Source: Escherichia coli 042 (GTDB taxonomy: Bacteria; Pseudomonadota; Gammaproteobacteria; Enterobacterales; Enterobacteriaceae). From it: a DNA stretch of 64,000 nt. Below, in pieces: positions 53,504 through 64,000 of the stretch. A program made the position numbers and the translations under genes. Under the pieces are notes generated by a model, which was not told the origin of the DNA, made no database searches, and saw only the letters and a list, made by a program, of their open reading frames with translations. Position 1 is the first letter of the stretch. Each line of letters starts with the position of its first letter. The stretch lies in NCBI RefSeq assembly GCF_000027125.1, contig NC_017626.1; one strand, written 5' to 3'.

Positions 53504-55801
53504 TTACAGCAACTCAAACTCGCCTTTCTTAACGCGTGCGGAATCAGTGCCGATGAAGACATTGAACTTGCCAGGCTCGGCGTCATATTTCATCTGTTGA
53601 TTCCAGAACTTCAGCGCCTCGATATCAATCGGGAAGCTGACGGTCTGAGTTTCGCCCGGTTTCAGGGTGATTTTCTCAAAGCCTTTCAGCTGCTTCACCG
53701 GACGACTCATGGAAGCCGTCACATCCTGCAAGTACATCTGCACTACCGTCGCCCCTTCGCGCTTACCGGTGTTCGTCACCTGCACACTGGCGGTCACTTT
53801 GCCGTCACGCTTCATGGTCGGCGCAGAAAGTTTCACATCAGAGACGGTGAAAGTGGTGTAGCTCAGACCATAACCGAACGGATACAGCGCCCCGTTAGCT
53901 TCATCAAAATAACGCGAAGTGTATTTGTTCGGCTTGTCGGCATTATACGGACGCCCGGTATTCAGATGGCTGTAGTACACAGGGATCTGCCCGACAGAAC
54001 GCGGGAAGGACATCGGTAGCTTACCGGACGGGTTGTAATCGCCAAACAATACATCGGCAATCGCATTACCCCCTTCCGTACCCGCAAACCAGGTTTCCAG
54101 AATCGCATCAGCCTGCTGATCTTCTTTCACCAGCGCCAGCGGACGCCCATTCATCAGCACCAGCACCAGCGGTTTACCAGTGGCTTTCAACGCCGCAATC
54201 AAGTCACGTTGGCTTTGCGGAATAGTAATATCGGTACGGCTGGAGGCCTCGTGCGCCATCCCCTGAGCTTCACCGACCACAGCCACCACCACATCAGATT
54301 GTTTCGCGGTTTGCACCGCTTCATCAATCATCTCTTGCGGCGAACGCGGATCGACTTTGACCGCCTCTTCATACTGATTCAGGAAATCGATAATGCCTTT
54401 GTCACTGGTGACGTTCGCCCCTTTGGCGTACAGCACTTTACCGTTTTCACCGACGGCATTTTTAATCCCGGTCAGTACGGTCACGGATTGATCGGCAACA
54501 CCGGCTGCGGACCAGCTGCCCATCACGTCACGTTTACTGTCCGCCAGTGGCCCAACCACCGCAATGGTGGCCGATTTTTTCAGCGGTAACGTTTCGAGAC
54601 GGTTTTTCAGCAACACCAGGCTTTCACGCGCCACTTCACGCGCTTCTTTGCGGTGCAGGCGGCTTTCGGCATTGGTATCCACCGGGTCAGACTCTTTCGG
54701 CCCCAAATGGCTGTATGGGTCGTTAAACAACCCCATATCATATTTAACGTTCAGTACATGACGGGTAGCGTCATCCAGCTCTTCCATCGTCACTTTGCCG
54801 GATTTGATCAACCCAGGCAGATACTTCGAGTAGTACTCGTCGCTCATACTCATGTTGATGCCGGATTTCAGCGCCACGCGCACCGCATCTTCCGGGTCTG
54901 CCGCCGTGCCATGTTTAATCAGCTCTTTGATTGCGCCGTGATCGGAAACGGTGATGCCTTTAAAGCCCCACTGGTCGCGCAGAACATCTTTCAGCAGCCA
55001 TGAATCGGAGGTGGCTGGCGTGCCGTTCAGCGAGTTCAGCGCCACCATCACCGCGCCGCTGCCTGCGTCCAGCCCCGCTTTGTACGGCGGCATATAATCA
55101 TTAAACAGGCGCTGCGGACTCATATCGACGGTGTTGTACTCTTTACCGCCTTCTACCGCACCGTATGCGGCAAAGTGTTTGACGCTGGTCATCACCGAGT
55201 AGCGATCTGCCGGACTTTTACCCTGCATCGCTTCCACCATGGTTTTACCCATTGTTGAAGTGAGATACGTATCTTCGCCAAAACCTTCGGAAGCACGTCC
55301 CCAGCGCGGATCGCGCGAGACATCGACCATCGGTGCCCAGGTCATATTCAGGCCATCATCTGCCGCTTCATAAGCAGAGACACGCCCGACTGTTTTCACC
55401 GCATCGAGGTTAAAAGACGAGGCCAGGCCGAGGCTAATCGGGAACACCGTGCGCTGACCGTGCAGCACGTCGTAAGCAAAGAAAAGAGGAATTTTCAGGC
55501 GGCTTAATTCCATCACCTGATCCTGCATGGCGCGGATATCCTGACGGGTTACGGTGTTGAAAATCGCCCCAACCTGACCGTCTTTGATCATCTCGCGGAT
55601 CGCCTCTTTCGGATTATCCGGGCCGACGCTGATTAAGCGCAGCTGACCAATTTTCTCATCAACTGTCATTTTCTTAAGCAGTTCGGTGACGAACGCATCC
55701 CGCGCTTCGGGCGTTAATGGATGGTTGCCGAATAAATCATCTGCCAGTGCTGGCTGCAGGGCCAGACTCACCGCGATTCCTACTGAACATAGCCATTTCA
55801 T
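53504..55801 (-). CDS. bglX: Periplasmic beta-glucosidase (GH3)
   Basis: 765-aa ORF from MKWLCSVGIA with signal peptide; GH3 family. Confidence 0.92.
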   Translation of the reverse strand: MKWLCSVGIAVSLALQPALADDLFGNHPLTPEARDAFVTELLKKMTVDEKIGQLRLISVGPDNPKEAIREMIKDGQVGAIFNTVTRQDIRAMQDQVMELSRLKIPLFFAYDVLHGQRTVFPISLGLASSFNLDAVKTVGRVSAYEAADDGLNMTWAPMVDVSRDPRWGRASEGFGEDTYLTSTMGKTMVEAMQGKSPADRYSVMTSVKHFAAYGAVEGGKEYNTVDMSPQRLFNDYMPPYKAGLDAGSGAVMVALNSLNGTPATSDSWLLKDVLRDQWGFKGITVSDHGAIKELIKHGTAADPEDAVRVALKSGINMSMSDEYYSKYLPGLIKSGKVTMEELDDATRHVLNVKYDMGLFNDPYSHLGPKESDPVDTNAESRLHRKEAREVARESLVLLKNRLETLPLKKSATIAVVGPLADSKRDVMGSWSAAGVADQSVTVLTGIKNAVGENGKVLYAKGANVTSDKGIIDFLNQYEEAVKVDPRSPQEMIDEAVQTAKQSDVVVAVVGEAQGMAHEASSRTDITIPQSQRDLIAALKATGKPLVLVLMNGRPLALVKEDQQADAILETWFAGTEGGNAIADVLFGDYNPSGKLPMSFPRSVGQIPVYYSHLNTGRPYNADKPNKYTSRYFDEANGALYPFGYGLSYTTFTVSDVKLSAPTMKRDGKVTASVQVTNTGKREGATVVQMYLQDVTASMSRPVKQLKGFEKITLKPGETQTVSFPIDIEALKFWNQQMKYDAEPGKFNVFIGTDSARVKKGEFELL

Positions 55802-55996
55802 ATGGATTTTTCTTCCTCTGTTGCCCGACGAGGCAGCGAAAATAGTGCAAAAACCGTAGTTTGCCATAAGCATGATAGAGAGAGAAAAAGAATGCTCAGT
55901 TTATTGTCTGAATTTTCAAAATATTCACTCGCTGAATTGTCATACAAGGCGCTATTCTAGTTTGTGATATTTTTTCGCCACCACAAGGAGTGGAAA

Positions 55997-57712
55997 ATGT
56001 CTTCCATGACAACAACTGATAATAAAGCCTTTTTGAATGAACTTGCCCGACTGGTGGGTTCTTCACACCTGCTCACCGATCCCGCAAAAACGGCCCGCTA
56101 TCGCAAGGGCTTCCGTTCTGGTCAGGGCGATGCACTGGCTGTCGTTTTCCCTGGCTCACTACTGGAATTGTGGCGGGTGCTGAAAGCCTGCGTCACCGCC
56201 GACAAAATTATTCTGATGCAGGCAGCCAATACAGGTCTGACCGAAGGCTCGACGCCAAACGGTAACGACTATGATCGCGATATCGTGATCATCAGCACCC
56301 TGCGTCTCGACAAGCTGCACGTTCTTGGCAAGGGCGAACAGGTGCTGGCCTATCCGGGCACCACGCTTTATTCGCTGGAAAAAGCCCTCAAACCGCTGGG
56401 ACGCGAACCGCACTCGGTGATTGGCTCATCGTGTATAGGCGCATCGGTCATCGGCGGTATTTGTAACAACTCCGGCGGCTCGCTGGTGCAGCGTGGCCCG
56501 GCGTATACCGAAATGTCGTTATTCGCGCGTATAAATGAAGACGGCAAACTGACGCTGGTGAACCATCTGGGGATTGATCTGGGCGAAACGCCGGAGCAGA
56601 TCCTTAGCAAGCTGGATGACGATCGCATCAAAGATGACGATGTGCGCCACGATGGTCGTCACGCCCACGATTATGACTATGTCCACCGCGTTCGTGATAT
56701 TGAAGCCGACACGCCCGCACGTTATAACGCCGATCCGGATCGGTTATTTGAATCTTCTGGTTGCGCCGGGAAGCTGGCCGTCTTTGCGGTACGTCTTGAT
56801 ACCTTCGAAGCGGAAAAAAATCAGCAGGTGTTTTATATCGGCACCAACCAGCCAGAAGTACTGACCGAAATCCGCCGTCATATTCTGGCTAATTTCGAAA
56901 ATCTGCCGGTTGCCGGGGAATATATGCACCGGGATATCTACGATATTGCGGAAAAATACGGCAAAGACACCTTCCTGATGATTGATAAGTTAGGCAGCGA
57001 CAAGATGCCGTTCTTCTTTAATCTCAAGGGGCGCACCGATGCGATGCTGGAGAAAGTGAAATTCTTCCGTCCGCATTTTACCGACCGTGCGATGCAAAAA
57101 TTCGGTCACCTGTTCCCCAGCCATTTACCGCCGCGCATGAAAAACTGGCGCGATAAATACGAGCATCATCTGCTGTTAAAAATGGCGGGCGATGGCGTCG
57201 GTGAAGCCAAATCGTGGCTGGTGGATTATTTCAAACAGGCCGAAGGCGATTTCTTTGTCTGTACGCCGGAGGAAGGTAGCAAAGCGTTTTTACACCGTTT
57301 CGCCGCTGCGGGCGCAGCAATTCGTTATCAGGCGGTGCATTCCGATGAAGTCGAAGACATTCTGGCACTGGATATCGCTCTGCGGCGTAACGACACCGAG
57401 TGGTATGAGCATTTACCGCCGGAAATCGACAGCCAGCTGGTGCACAAGCTCTATTACGGCCATTTTATGTGCTATGTCTTCCATCAGGATTACATCGTTA
57501 AAAAAGGCGTGGATGTGCATGCGTTGAAAGAACAGATGCTGGAACTGCTGCAGCAGCGTGGCGCGCAATATCCTGCCGAACATAACGTCGGTCATTTGTA
57601 TAAAGCACCGGAGACGTTGCAGAAGTTTTATCGCGAGAACGATCCGACCAACAGTATGAATCCGGGGATCGGTAAAACCAGTAAGCGGAAAAACTGGCAG
57701 GAAGTGGAGTAA
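55997..57712 (+). CDS. dld: FAD-dependent D-lactate dehydrogenase (quinone)
   Basis: 571-aa ORF from MSSMTTTDNK. Confidence 0.92.
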   Translation: MSSMTTTDNKAFLNELARLVGSSHLLTDPAKTARYRKGFRSGQGDALAVVFPGSLLELWRVLKACVTADKIILMQAANTGLTEGSTPNGNDYDRDIVIISTLRLDKLHVLGKGEQVLAYPGTTLYSLEKALKPLGREPHSVIGSSCIGASVIGGICNNSGGSLVQRGPAYTEMSLFARINEDGKLTLVNHLGIDLGETPEQILSKLDDDRIKDDDVRHDGRHAHDYDYVHRVRDIEADTPARYNADPDRLFESSGCAGKLAVFAVRLDTFEAEKNQQVFYIGTNQPEVLTEIRRHILANFENLPVAGEYMHRDIYDIAEKYGKDTFLMIDKLGSDKMPFFFNLKGRTDAMLEKVKFFRPHFTDRAMQKFGHLFPSHLPPRMKNWRDKYEHHLLLKMAGDGVGEAKSWLVDYFKQAEGDFFVCTPEEGSKAFLHRFAAAGAAIRYQAVHSDEVEDILALDIALRRNDTEWYEHLPPEIDSQLVHKLYYGHFMCYVFHQDYIVKKGVDVHALKEQMLELLQQRGAQYPAEHNVGHLYKAPETLQKFYRENDPTNSMNPGIGKTSKRKNWQEVE

Positions 57713-57716
57713 AAAT

Positions 57717-57745
57717 TACGGATGGCAGAGTATCGCCATCCGAAT
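57717..57745. terminator. Hairpin between convergent dld and pbpG
   Basis: ggatggc-agagtat-cgccatcc inverted repeat in the 37-nt convergent intergenic gap. Confidence 0.5.
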
Positions 57746-57749
57746 TCAC

Positions 57750-58682
57750 TTAATCGTTCTGTGCCGTCTGCCCCGCCGCCGCCATTTGGGCGGCTTTTTG
57801 TTTTTTATAGCTCAACGCTGCTGCCGGAACAGGCATCACTTTACCGGTCTCAATCCAGGTACGCAGGCGGCTGGCATCGGCAAAATGGGTATATTTGCCA
57901 AACGCGTCCATCACTACCAGCGCCACCGGTTTATTATTGATAACCGTACGCATCACCAGACAATGGCCCGCCGCATTGGTAAAGCCGGTTTTGGTTAACT
58001 GAATATTCCAGTTATCGCGATACACCAGATGGTTAGTATTGCGGAACGGCAGCGTATACGTCGGGTTAGAGAAGGTTGCCATATCTTCCCGGGTGGTACT
58101 TAACTGCCCGATCAACGGATATTGTTTGCTGGCAATGAGCAGTTTGGTTAAGTCACGGGCGGTTGAAACGTTATGCACCGACAATCCGGTCGGTTCAACA
58201 AAGCGCGTGTTGTTCATTCCGAGCGATTTCGCTTTCGCATTCATCGCCTTAATAAAGGCTTTGTAACCACCGGGATAATGGTGCGCAAGGCTTGCCGCCG
58301 CGCGGTTTTCTGAAGACATCAGCGCCAGCAACAGCATATCTTTACGGCTGATTTCGCTATTCAGTCGTACGCGCGAATAGACCCCTTTCATCTCCGGCGT
58401 CTGGCTGATATCCACTTTTAGTTTTTCATCCAGCGGCAGTCGCGCATCCAGCACGACCATCGCGGTCATTAATTTGCTGATAGACGCAATCGGACGCACC
58501 AGATCCGGGTGGTTCGAATAGATCACTTTGTTGGTATTCAGATCAACAATCATCGCGCTACCGGAGGCAATTTCCGGCTGTGAAGCGGTGGTAGCGGCTG
58601 CCGTTTTCGCAACGGCCTGCGGTGCCAAAGGCACAGCCAGCATCAGGGCCAGGCTAAATAAAGAAACTCGAAATTTCGGCAT
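57750..58682 (-). CDS. pbpG: D-alanyl-D-alanine endopeptidase PBP7
   Basis: SxxK motif (SISK), signal peptide; start at MPKFRV. Confidence 0.9.
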   Translation of the reverse strand: MPKFRVSLFSLALMLAVPLAPQAVAKTAAATTASQPEIASGSAMIVDLNTNKVIYSNHPDLVRPIASISKLMTAMVVLDARLPLDEKLKVDISQTPEMKGVYSRVRLNSEISRKDMLLLALMSSENRAAASLAHHYPGGYKAFIKAMNAKAKSLGMNNTRFVEPTGLSVHNVSTARDLTKLLIASKQYPLIGQLSTTREDMATFSNPTYTLPFRNTNHLVYRDNWNIQLTKTGFTNAAGHCLVMRTVINNKPVALVVMDAFGKYTHFADASRLRTWIETGKVMPVPAAALSYKKQKAAQMAAAGQTAQND

Positions 58683-58855
58683 GATGAGCATTCAGATAGT
58701 GGTTCACGCGCACGGGTTGCGCACCGCCGGAGTAAGGATTTACTGAGGCTAGCGACGCCATCATAACGAGCAAAAAGTGCGATCGTCAAAGGAGAATCGT
58801 GAGGAAATGCTGCATTGCTGACATTTACGCCAGCAATGCAACACAAAAGTACTTT

Positions 58856-59443
58856 CTAGAACAAACGATAACCGTAGCCCCATAGTATAACGGTAAGGGC
58901 GAGCAGCACTTCCAGCACCAGCACGCCAATCGCCAGCGTCGAACTGGAGAAGCTAAGGCCTTCCTCTTTGTTGATATTCAGGAAGCTCGGAATACCGAGA
59001 TAAAGCAGGTAGCCGGTGTAAAACAGCGCCACCGTGCCGACCAGCGCACACAACCAGACCAGTGGATAAAGCGCCACCAGACCGCTTAAAAACAGCGGAG
59101 TTGCAACGTAGCCCGCGAAGACCATGCAGTGCGCAAGTGATGGACGTTGCGGATAATTGCGCGCCATCCACCAGATGACCCGCCCCATCACCGCGACCCC
59201 AGCCAGCATAACGCCATAAAACAAGACAGCCAGCGCCAGTCCGGTAAACCAGGATAACTTCAGGATAGTGCCATCGCCAAAATTCCAGCCAATCTGTGTA
59301 GTGCCAATGAAGGCGCAAATCACCGGAATCGCCGCCATCAGCAAAACGTGGTGGGTGTAATGGTGAGAAATCGTTTCGTTTTCGCGATTAATCACCTGCA
59401 TTTCACGATCGGGATGGGAAAACAGTCCCCAGACATGGCTCAT
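58856..59443 (-). CDS. yohC: Yip1-family inner membrane protein
   Basis: About 195-aa polytopic membrane ORF; start choice (MSHVWG) uncertain. Confidence 0.75.
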   Translation of the reverse strand: MSHVWGLFSHPDREMQVINRENETISHHYTHHVLLMAAIPVICAFIGTTQIGWNFGDGTILKLSWFTGLALAVLFYGVMLAGVAVMGRVIWWMARNYPQRPSLAHCMVFAGYVATPLFLSGLVALYPLVWLCALVGTVALFYTGYLLYLGIPSFLNINKEEGLSFSSSTLAIGVLVLEVLLALTVILWGYGYRLF

Positions 59444-59612
59444 ACCGCCCCCTTGTTGTGAGTTCATGAACCTGACAGTTCAAGTATAAGTCAGCTTGTG
59501 ATTATTTTTTGTTCGTTCATGTAATTTGCACCGTCTGATGTACGTCCTTTTTCAGCGTGAACTATTCACAGGGTGTATGCTTACAGGCAAGCAAAGGGAG
59601 ACAGACTGGCCT

Positions 59613-60191
59613 ATGGATCTCAATACACTCATCTCACAATATGGTTATGCCGCGCTGGTGATCGGTAGCCTGGCGGAAGGTGAAACCGTGACTTTGCTGG
59701 GAGGCGTTGCGGCACATCAGGGGCTATTAAAGTTCCCGCTGGTGGTACTTTCTGTGGCGCTTGGCGGCATGATTGGCGACCAGGTGCTTTATCTGTGCGG
59801 GCGGCGCTTTGGCGGCAAGCTATTACGCCGTTTCTCGAAACATCAGGATAAAATTGAGCGGGCGCAGAAACTTATCCAACGCCATCCGTATCTGTTTGTC
59901 ATTGGTACGCGTTTTATGTATGGCTTTAGGGTGATTGGCCCGACGCTGATTGGTGCCAGCCAGCTGCCGCCGAAAATCTTTCTGCCACTGAATATCCTTG
60001 GCGCATTTGCCTGGGCGTTGATTTTTACCACTATCGGTTACGCTGGTGGTCAGGTGATTGCGCCGTGGTTGCACAATCTCGACCAGCATTTGAAGCACTG
60101 GGTCTGGTTGATTCTGGTCGTGGTTCTGGTGGTAGGCGTGCGCTGGTGGCTGAAACGGCGCGGGAAGAAAAAGCCGGATAATCAGGCATAA
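59613..60191 (+). CDS. yohD: DedA-family inner membrane protein
   Basis: 192-aa ORF from MDLNTLISQYGY; the ORF track start is an over-extension. Confidence 0.8.
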   Translation: MDLNTLISQYGYAALVIGSLAEGETVTLLGGVAAHQGLLKFPLVVLSVALGGMIGDQVLYLCGRRFGGKLLRRFSKHQDKIERAQKLIQRHPYLFVIGTRFMYGFRVIGPTLIGASQLPPKIFLPLNILGAFAWALIFTTIGYAGGQVIAPWLHNLDQHLKHWVWLILVVVLVVGVRWWLKRRGKKKPDNQA

Positions 60192-60243
60192 AGCAGTTGC
60201 CACAGATAAGCATTCACGCCACATCCGGCACCGGATGTTCCAT

Positions 60244-60280
60244 GCCTGATGCGACGCTGGCGTGTCTTATCTGGCCTAAC
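60244..60280. repeat. REP element
   Basis: gcctgatgcgacgctggcgtgtcttatctggcctaac matches REP consensus; between convergent yohD and yohF. Confidence 0.7.
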
Positions 60281-60309
60281 CCAATGAAATAACCACGCAC
60301 CTCACTGCG

Positions 60310-61071
60310 CTATTCTGGGTTGAACTGCGGATTCGCCAACATAAAGCCGCCATCCACTATCAACGACTGCCCAGTGGTGTAATTTGCGCCCTCCGAACAA
60401 AGCCACATCACCAGGCTGGCAATCTCATGCGTTGCGCCAAAACGCCGCAAGGGAATCGAAGGCTCCGCGCCGGGCTTCACGTCGCCATCATCCATGCCGT
60501 TCATTGGCGTGGCGATCGCCCCAGGTGCAACCGCATTCACCAAAATCTTATGCCTGACCAGCTCCAGCGCCATCGCTTTGGTTAACCCGCCGAGCGCATG
60601 TTTAGCGGCTGTGTAGGCGCTGGCATCCGGCAACGGCGTATGTTCATGCACCGACGTAATGTTGATGATGCGACCACCCTGCCCTTGTTTCACCATCTGG
60701 CGGGCAGCAATTTGCGAGCATAAAAATGCACCATCGACATCAACGGTAAAAATCTTGCGCCACTCATCGAAAGCCATATCAAGAAACGGCGCTTTGGTCA
60801 TTGCGCCCGCATTATTCACCAGCACATCAATACGCCCCAGCCGTTGAATGAGTTTCTCCAGCGCCAGTGCCCCTTCTGGTAGATTGCCGAGATCCAGCTG
60901 CACGATCTCCGCACGTACGCCGTGGCTAACCACCTCACGCGCGGTATCTTTTGCCCCTTCTTCATCAGAGTGCCAGGTAATACCAATATCAAACCCCTGC
61001 TGCGCCAGTAATAACGCGCACTCTTTGCCGATCCCCGAATCGGAGGCGGTAATAATCGCAACCTGTGCCAT
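60310..61071 (-). CDS. yohF: Short-chain dehydrogenase/reductase
   Basis: N-terminal TASDSGIG Rossmann motif; catalytic YxxxK (YTAAK). Confidence 0.88.
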   Translation of the reverse strand: MAQVAIITASDSGIGKECALLLAQQGFDIGITWHSDEEGAKDTAREVVSHGVRAEIVQLDLGNLPEGALALEKLIQRLGRIDVLVNNAGAMTKAPFLDMAFDEWRKIFTVDVDGAFLCSQIAARQMVKQGQGGRIINITSVHEHTPLPDASAYTAAKHALGGLTKAMALELVRHKILVNAVAPGAIATPMNGMDDGDVKPGAEPSIPLRRFGATHEIASLVMWLCSEGANYTTGQSLIVDGGFMLANPQFNPE

Positions 61072-61123
61072 CGAGTTCTCCACTTAACGCTGAATAAACG
61101 TTAAGTATAGAAGGCGCATATCA

Positions 61124-62560
61124 TCAGCGTTTGTAACCCCCGCCCAACGCACCAGTGAGTTGAATGGAGGCATCCAGCCACTGCCCTTGCAATAACAGGC
61201 CATTGGCCCGCTCGCGAAGCGCCGGGATTCTGGCTTCGCTGACGCGGGAACCGGCAATGATGCCCGCGTTAAAGCGCGCCTGCGCAAGACCTACTACACG
61301 CAAGGCATCGCGCTCAATTTGCGCCTGATGCTGGTTTTTCTCCGCCAGTGTCTGAACCTGACTGGCTGCCCGCGCCACGTCATTCACCGCTTCAACCACC
61401 GCTTTGTTGTAGCTGGCGATAGACAAGTTGCTTTCGGCTTTTGCGATATCGAGGTTGGCGTTAAGACGACCACTATCGAAAATGGGTAGCGTCAGGCCTG
61501 CCGTAACGCCCATTTGCTGCGCGGAATGACGGAACAGATCGCTTAAGTGCAACGCATCCTGTTGCAGGAAGGCCATCAGGTTGATGTCAGGATAAAATGC
61601 CGCTTTTGCCGCATCAATGGTGCTTAGCGATGACTCAACGTACCAGTGCGCCGCCTGCAAATCTGCCCGCCGGGCCAGTAAGGAGTACCCCAGTTCATCA
61701 GGAAGCTGGCTTGCCACTTTCGGCAACGCGACCGGTTTAAGCTTCAGTGACTTTGTCTGGTGATTTGTGAGTGCATTTAACCGTGCCTCAATAATTTTCA
61801 TTTTCCCCGCGACATCGTTGAGCTGCTGCCGGGTTTTGCTGGCATTAATATCGGTTTCCACACCTTCAACTGAAGAAGTAATCCCGTTCTGATATAGCTG
61901 GCGATCGGTGGCGATAATGGTGTTCTGCTCTTTTTCGATTTGCTGTAAGACAGTGTTTAACGCCGCCTGGGTTTGCCACTCCCAGTACAGACGGGCTACG
62001 CTGCCAGCCAGCAATTGGCGGGTTTGCTCGCGTTCCGCCGCCCGTGCTTTAACCGTACCCAGGCGAGCAGTAACCTCCGCCCGATTCTTTCCCCAGATAT
62101 CGAGATGCCAGCCCGCCGTTAAGCCAAAAGTACCGTTGGTGTACCACGGACCGGTCGTACCTGCGGCAGGATCGTTCAGAGCAAACGGCCCCATTAACCC
62201 TTCTGCCGACATTTTTTGCCGCTCCATATCCGCAGAAAAGTCGATCTGCGGACCATCCTGAGTGGCAACTGCCTTCGCCTGGGCTTCAGCCAGCTGAATG
62301 CGCTGTTCAGCCACCTGCATATCCGGTGCGTTCTGTAGTGCATTGTTAATTAATGAAGTGAGTTGATTATCGTGATACTCCAGCCACCATTGGCTGTCTG
62401 GCCAACCATTTTTCAGCGCCGTGGGTAATGCGGTGTCAACTTGTGAAGCGGGCGTTTGCTGGCTTAACGCCTGGCGGGTTTCATGCATAGGCGCACACCC
62501 GGCCAGCATCAGTAACAGCGGAAAACAGGCGATGGCGGGATAAAAGGAATCACGATTCAT
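61124..62560 (-). CDS. mdtQ: Outer-membrane efflux lipoprotein (OMF/NodT family), apparently intact
   Basis: About 478-aa uninterrupted ORF with lipoprotein signal (LLLMLAGC) from MNRDSF; this gene is recalled as a pseudogene in K-12. Confidence 0.75.
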   Translation of the reverse strand: MNRDSFYPAIACFPLLLMLAGCAPMHETRQALSQQTPASQVDTALPTALKNGWPDSQWWLEYHDNQLTSLINNALQNAPDMQVAEQRIQLAEAQAKAVATQDGPQIDFSADMERQKMSAEGLMGPFALNDPAAGTTGPWYTNGTFGLTAGWHLDIWGKNRAEVTARLGTVKARAAEREQTRQLLAGSVARLYWEWQTQAALNTVLQQIEKEQNTIIATDRQLYQNGITSSVEGVETDINASKTRQQLNDVAGKMKIIEARLNALTNHQTKSLKLKPVALPKVASQLPDELGYSLLARRADLQAAHWYVESSLSTIDAAKAAFYPDINLMAFLQQDALHLSDLFRHSAQQMGVTAGLTLPIFDSGRLNANLDIAKAESNLSIASYNKAVVEAVNDVARAASQVQTLAEKNQHQAQIERDALRVVGLAQARFNAGIIAGSRVSEARIPALRERANGLLLQGQWLDASIQLTGALGGGYKR

Positions 62561-62783
62561 GGGGGAATAATCAGGTAAGAAAAGGTGCGCGGAGATTACC
62601 GTGTGTTGCGATATATTTTTTAGTTTCGCGTGGCAATACATCAGTAGCAATAAAACGACATATCCAGAAAAATATACACTAAGTGAATGATATCTTCCGA
62701 TTTATCTTAATCGTTTATGGATAACGGCAAAGGGCTTCGTTTTTTCCTATACTTATTCAGCACTCACAAATAAAGGAACGCCA

Positions 62784-62867
62784 ATGAAAATTATACTCTG
62801 GGCTGTATTGATTATTTTCCTGATTGGGCTACTGGTGGTGACTGGCGTATTTAAGATGATATTTTAA
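62784..62867 (+). CDS. yohP: 27-aa small membrane protein
   Basis: MKIILWAVLIIFLIGLLVVTGVFKMIF with AGGAA SD 7 nt upstream; below the ORF-track size cut-off. Confidence 0.6.
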   Translation: MKIILWAVLIIFLIGLLVVTGVFKMIF

Positions 62868-62939
62868 AATTAATTAATGTCATCAGATCCGAAAATAACG
62901 AGAATATTTCAGTCTCTCATCCTGTTGCGCTCCTGTCAT

Positions 62940-63200
62940 GTGCATTGCTTCATATAATCACTGGCGCAAGGAGCGCGCAGGGGGCGACCAATCGCCGCCG
63001 CCCCCTGCACCCCCGGGCTCTGGCGAACAAAATCGCCGCTGCGCGGTGCCCTCGGCTTATCCCTTACGGCTACCGGGTCGGGCGCGAGGTAACATCCCTG
63101 TAAAACGCGCCCTCAGCCCACATCCATGTGGGCTGCCCCGGCCTTCGGGGAACGCCTCGGCGATTTTGACGCCACCAAACAACCGTGCGGCCTATTGATA
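62940..63200. repeat. GC-rich non-coding block with nested hairpins (unclassified structured element)
   Basis: Local GC visibly far above neighbouring intergenic DNA; hairpins cagggggcg...cgccccctg, cagcccacat-cc-atgtgggctg, ccccggccttcgggg. Confidence 0.4.
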
Positions 63201-63239
63201 AAGAGCTAACACATTGTCAAAAAACATCACTATGGTTTT

Positions 63240-64000
63240 TTAGAGTTTCTCGATATCAATTGCCTGAATAGCCCTTGCAATATCAGGGGAATTATTCAAC
63301 ACCCGAACATGCTGAAATAATTCCGTTGCTTCATCGTATTCTTTACGCAAATAACTCAACCACTGTTTAATCCGCGCAACGTGATATAACCCGGTATCGC
63401 CCTGCTTTTCCAGACGGGTATATTTTTGCAGCAAAGCAACTACCTCCGGCCACGGCATTCGCGGTTCGTTATATTTTACCACCCGGCTCAGGTTGGGAAT
63501 ATTGAGCGCCCCGCGACCAATCATCACTGCGTCACAGCCGCTGATCGCCATGCATTGTTGCGCGCTCTGCCAGTCCCAGATTTCACCGTTGGCAATCACC
63601 GGAATATTCAGCCGCTGGCGAATCTCGCCAATCGCCTGCCAGTCAATATGCTCCGCGCGGTAACCCTGCTCTTTCGTCCGCCCATGCACCACCAGCTCTG
63701 TAGCACCAGCCTGTTGAACCGCATCGGCGATTTCAAATTTCTTCTCACCGCTGTCCCAGCCCAGACGCACTTTTACGCTGACGGGCAAATGCGCCGGTAC
63801 AACTTCACGCATCGCTTTTGCCCCCTGGTAGATGAGTTCAGGATCTTTGAGTAACGTCGCGCCGCCGCCGCTACCGTTAACCGTTTTCGACGGGCAGCCG
63901 CAATTGAGATCCACACCCCAGGAACCTAACTCGACCGCACGGGCGGCATTCTCTGCCAGCCATTGTGGGAACTGACTTAACAACTGCACGCGCACCAGCG
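63240..64000 (-). CDS. dusC: tRNA-dihydrouridine synthase C, 3' portion (5' end beyond window)
   Basis: TIM-barrel Dus family sequence; ORF runs off the right edge of the window. Confidence 0.85.
   Translation of the reverse strand, partial: LVRVQLLSQFPQWLAENAARAVELGSWGVDLNCGCPSKTVNGSGGGATLLKDPELIYQGAKAMREVVPAHLPVSVKVRLGWDSGEKKFEIADAVQQAGATELVVHGRTKEQGYRAEHIDWQAIGEIRQRLNIPVIANGEIWDWQSAQQCMAISGCDAVMIGRGALNIPNLSRVVKYNEPRMPWPEVVALLQKYTRLEKQGDTGLYHVARIKQWLSYLRKEYDEATELFQHVRVLNNSPDIARAIQAIDIEKL

Overview
This window reads as a contiguous enterobacterial (Escherichia coli-like) chromosomal segment running from the 3' end of yegS through the galactitol PTS operon, fbaB, yegTUVWX, thiMD with its TPP riboswitch, rcnR-rcnAB, the yehABCD chaperone-usher fimbrial operon, apbC and metG, then a poorly characterised accessory block, and on through yehRS, btsSR, mlrA, the osmF-yehYXW ABC transporter, bglX, dld, pbpG, yohCDF, mdtQ, yohP and the 3' part of dusC. 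All gene names are assigned from my recall of protein sequences and gene order, not from a database search. The accessory block (about 25.6-45.0 kb) is the most interesting part: (i) three tandem large paralogous genes, the first two carrying an N-terminal WGR-like domain; (ii) two tandem ~0.5-kb repeat units, each encoding a 29-aa hydrophobic peptide on the minus strand and a divergent ~80-nt terminator-ended small RNA on the plus strand, which looks like a zor/orz-like type I toxin-antitoxin pair; (iii) a translationally coupled four-gene operon yehL-yehM-yehP-yehQ (MoxR-like AAA+ ATPase, large unknown protein, VWA/MIDAS protein, double SWIM zinc-finger protein). In this sequence yehL carries an in-frame TAG and yehI a homopolymer frameshift. 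gatR and mdtQ appear intact, and there is no IS element in gatR, so the strain is not K-12-like at these loci. No rRNA, tRNA, CRISPR array or transposase was recognised.
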